Shown one piece after another: positions 56,219 to 56,624 of a stretch of 56,624 nucleotides of DNA (positions within the stretch are counted from its first letter, which is position 1; every line of letters begins with the position of its first letter). The stretch is from an uncultured Oscillospiraceae bacterium (GTDB lineage Bacteria; Bacillota; Clostridia; Oscillospirales; Oscillospiraceae): contig CAJTOE010000001.1 in assembly GCA_910577805.1 (NCBI GenBank), positions 1 through 56,624 of the forward strand. Reading direction: 5' to 3'. The translations under genes and the position numbers were made by a program. The notes beneath the pieces are model-generated. The model was not told where the DNA came from, searched no databases, and saw only the letters and a list, made by a program, of their open reading frames with translations.

Positions 56219-56624
56219 ATGCCCATTCCAGAGCGATTTTTGGACGAGCTGCTGGCCCGGACCGATTTGGTGGACCTGGTGTCGGAGTCGGTCCGCCTGA
56301 CCAAGAAGGGCAGCAGCTATTGGGGGTGCTGTCCCTTTCACAGCGAGCGGACCCCCTCCTTTCATGTGGTGCCAGACCGGCAGATCTATAAGTGCTTCGG
56401 CTGCGGCAAGGGGGGCGGGGCCTTCAACTACGTGATGGAGCTGGAGAACCTGTCCTTTCAGGACGCGGTGGCGGTGCTGGCCAAGCGGGTGGGGATGGAG
56501 GTCCCCGCCAGCGGCGGCGGCGCGCCCGGAGGCCGGGAACGGCGGCAAAAGCTCCTGGAGCTGAACCGGCAGGCCGCCCGGTGCTTCCACCGGTGGCTCT
56601 ACGCCCCGGAGGGGGCCGCGGGAC
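56219..56624 (+). CDS. dnaG: DNA primase, 5' part, runs off the window edge
   Basis: Manual translation MPIPERFLDELLAR...CCPFHSERTPSF...YKCFGCGKGG, the CHC2 zinc finger. Confidence 0.95.
   Translation, partial: MPIPERFLDELLARTDLVDLVSESVRLTKKGSSYWGCCPFHSERTPSFHVVPDRQIYKCFGCGKGGGAFNYVMELENLSFQDAVAVLAKRVGMEVPASGGGAPGGRERRQKLLELNRQAARCFHRWLYAPEGAAG

Overview
GC-rich chromosomal window from a spore-forming anaerobic Firmicute; gene content suggests an Oscillospiraceae/Clostridia-like organism (inference). Core genes: partial fprA, an amino-sugar cluster (nagB-nagA-ROK kinase / AGE epimerase-RpiR), ygiQ-type radical SAM-recX-recA-prmC, a two-component system, yfbR, hpf, tcdA-rex, spoIIAA-AB-sigF, blaI-M56 peptidase, two SLH proteins, cdd, pyrC-F-K-D, rimO, a trimeric [FeFe]-hydrogenase (hydCBA), ylbJ, dGTPase and partial dnaG. 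Small AT-rich accessory cassettes are interspersed. These are a type III TenpIN-like toxin-antitoxin locus (consensus promoter, two 53-nt RNA repeats, hairpin, toxin), an RHH-repressor/antisense-RNA/small-ORF module downstream of hpf, and an orphan variant ParA. A family of REP-like palindromic elements occurs five times; several copies sit next to these cassettes, and one precedes a DUF559 nuclease gene and supplies its RBS. A 53-bp REP-containing direct repeat brackets the nag operon. No rRNA, tRNA, CRISPR array, integrase or transposase was recognised. All calls were made by eye from motifs; no database searches were run.
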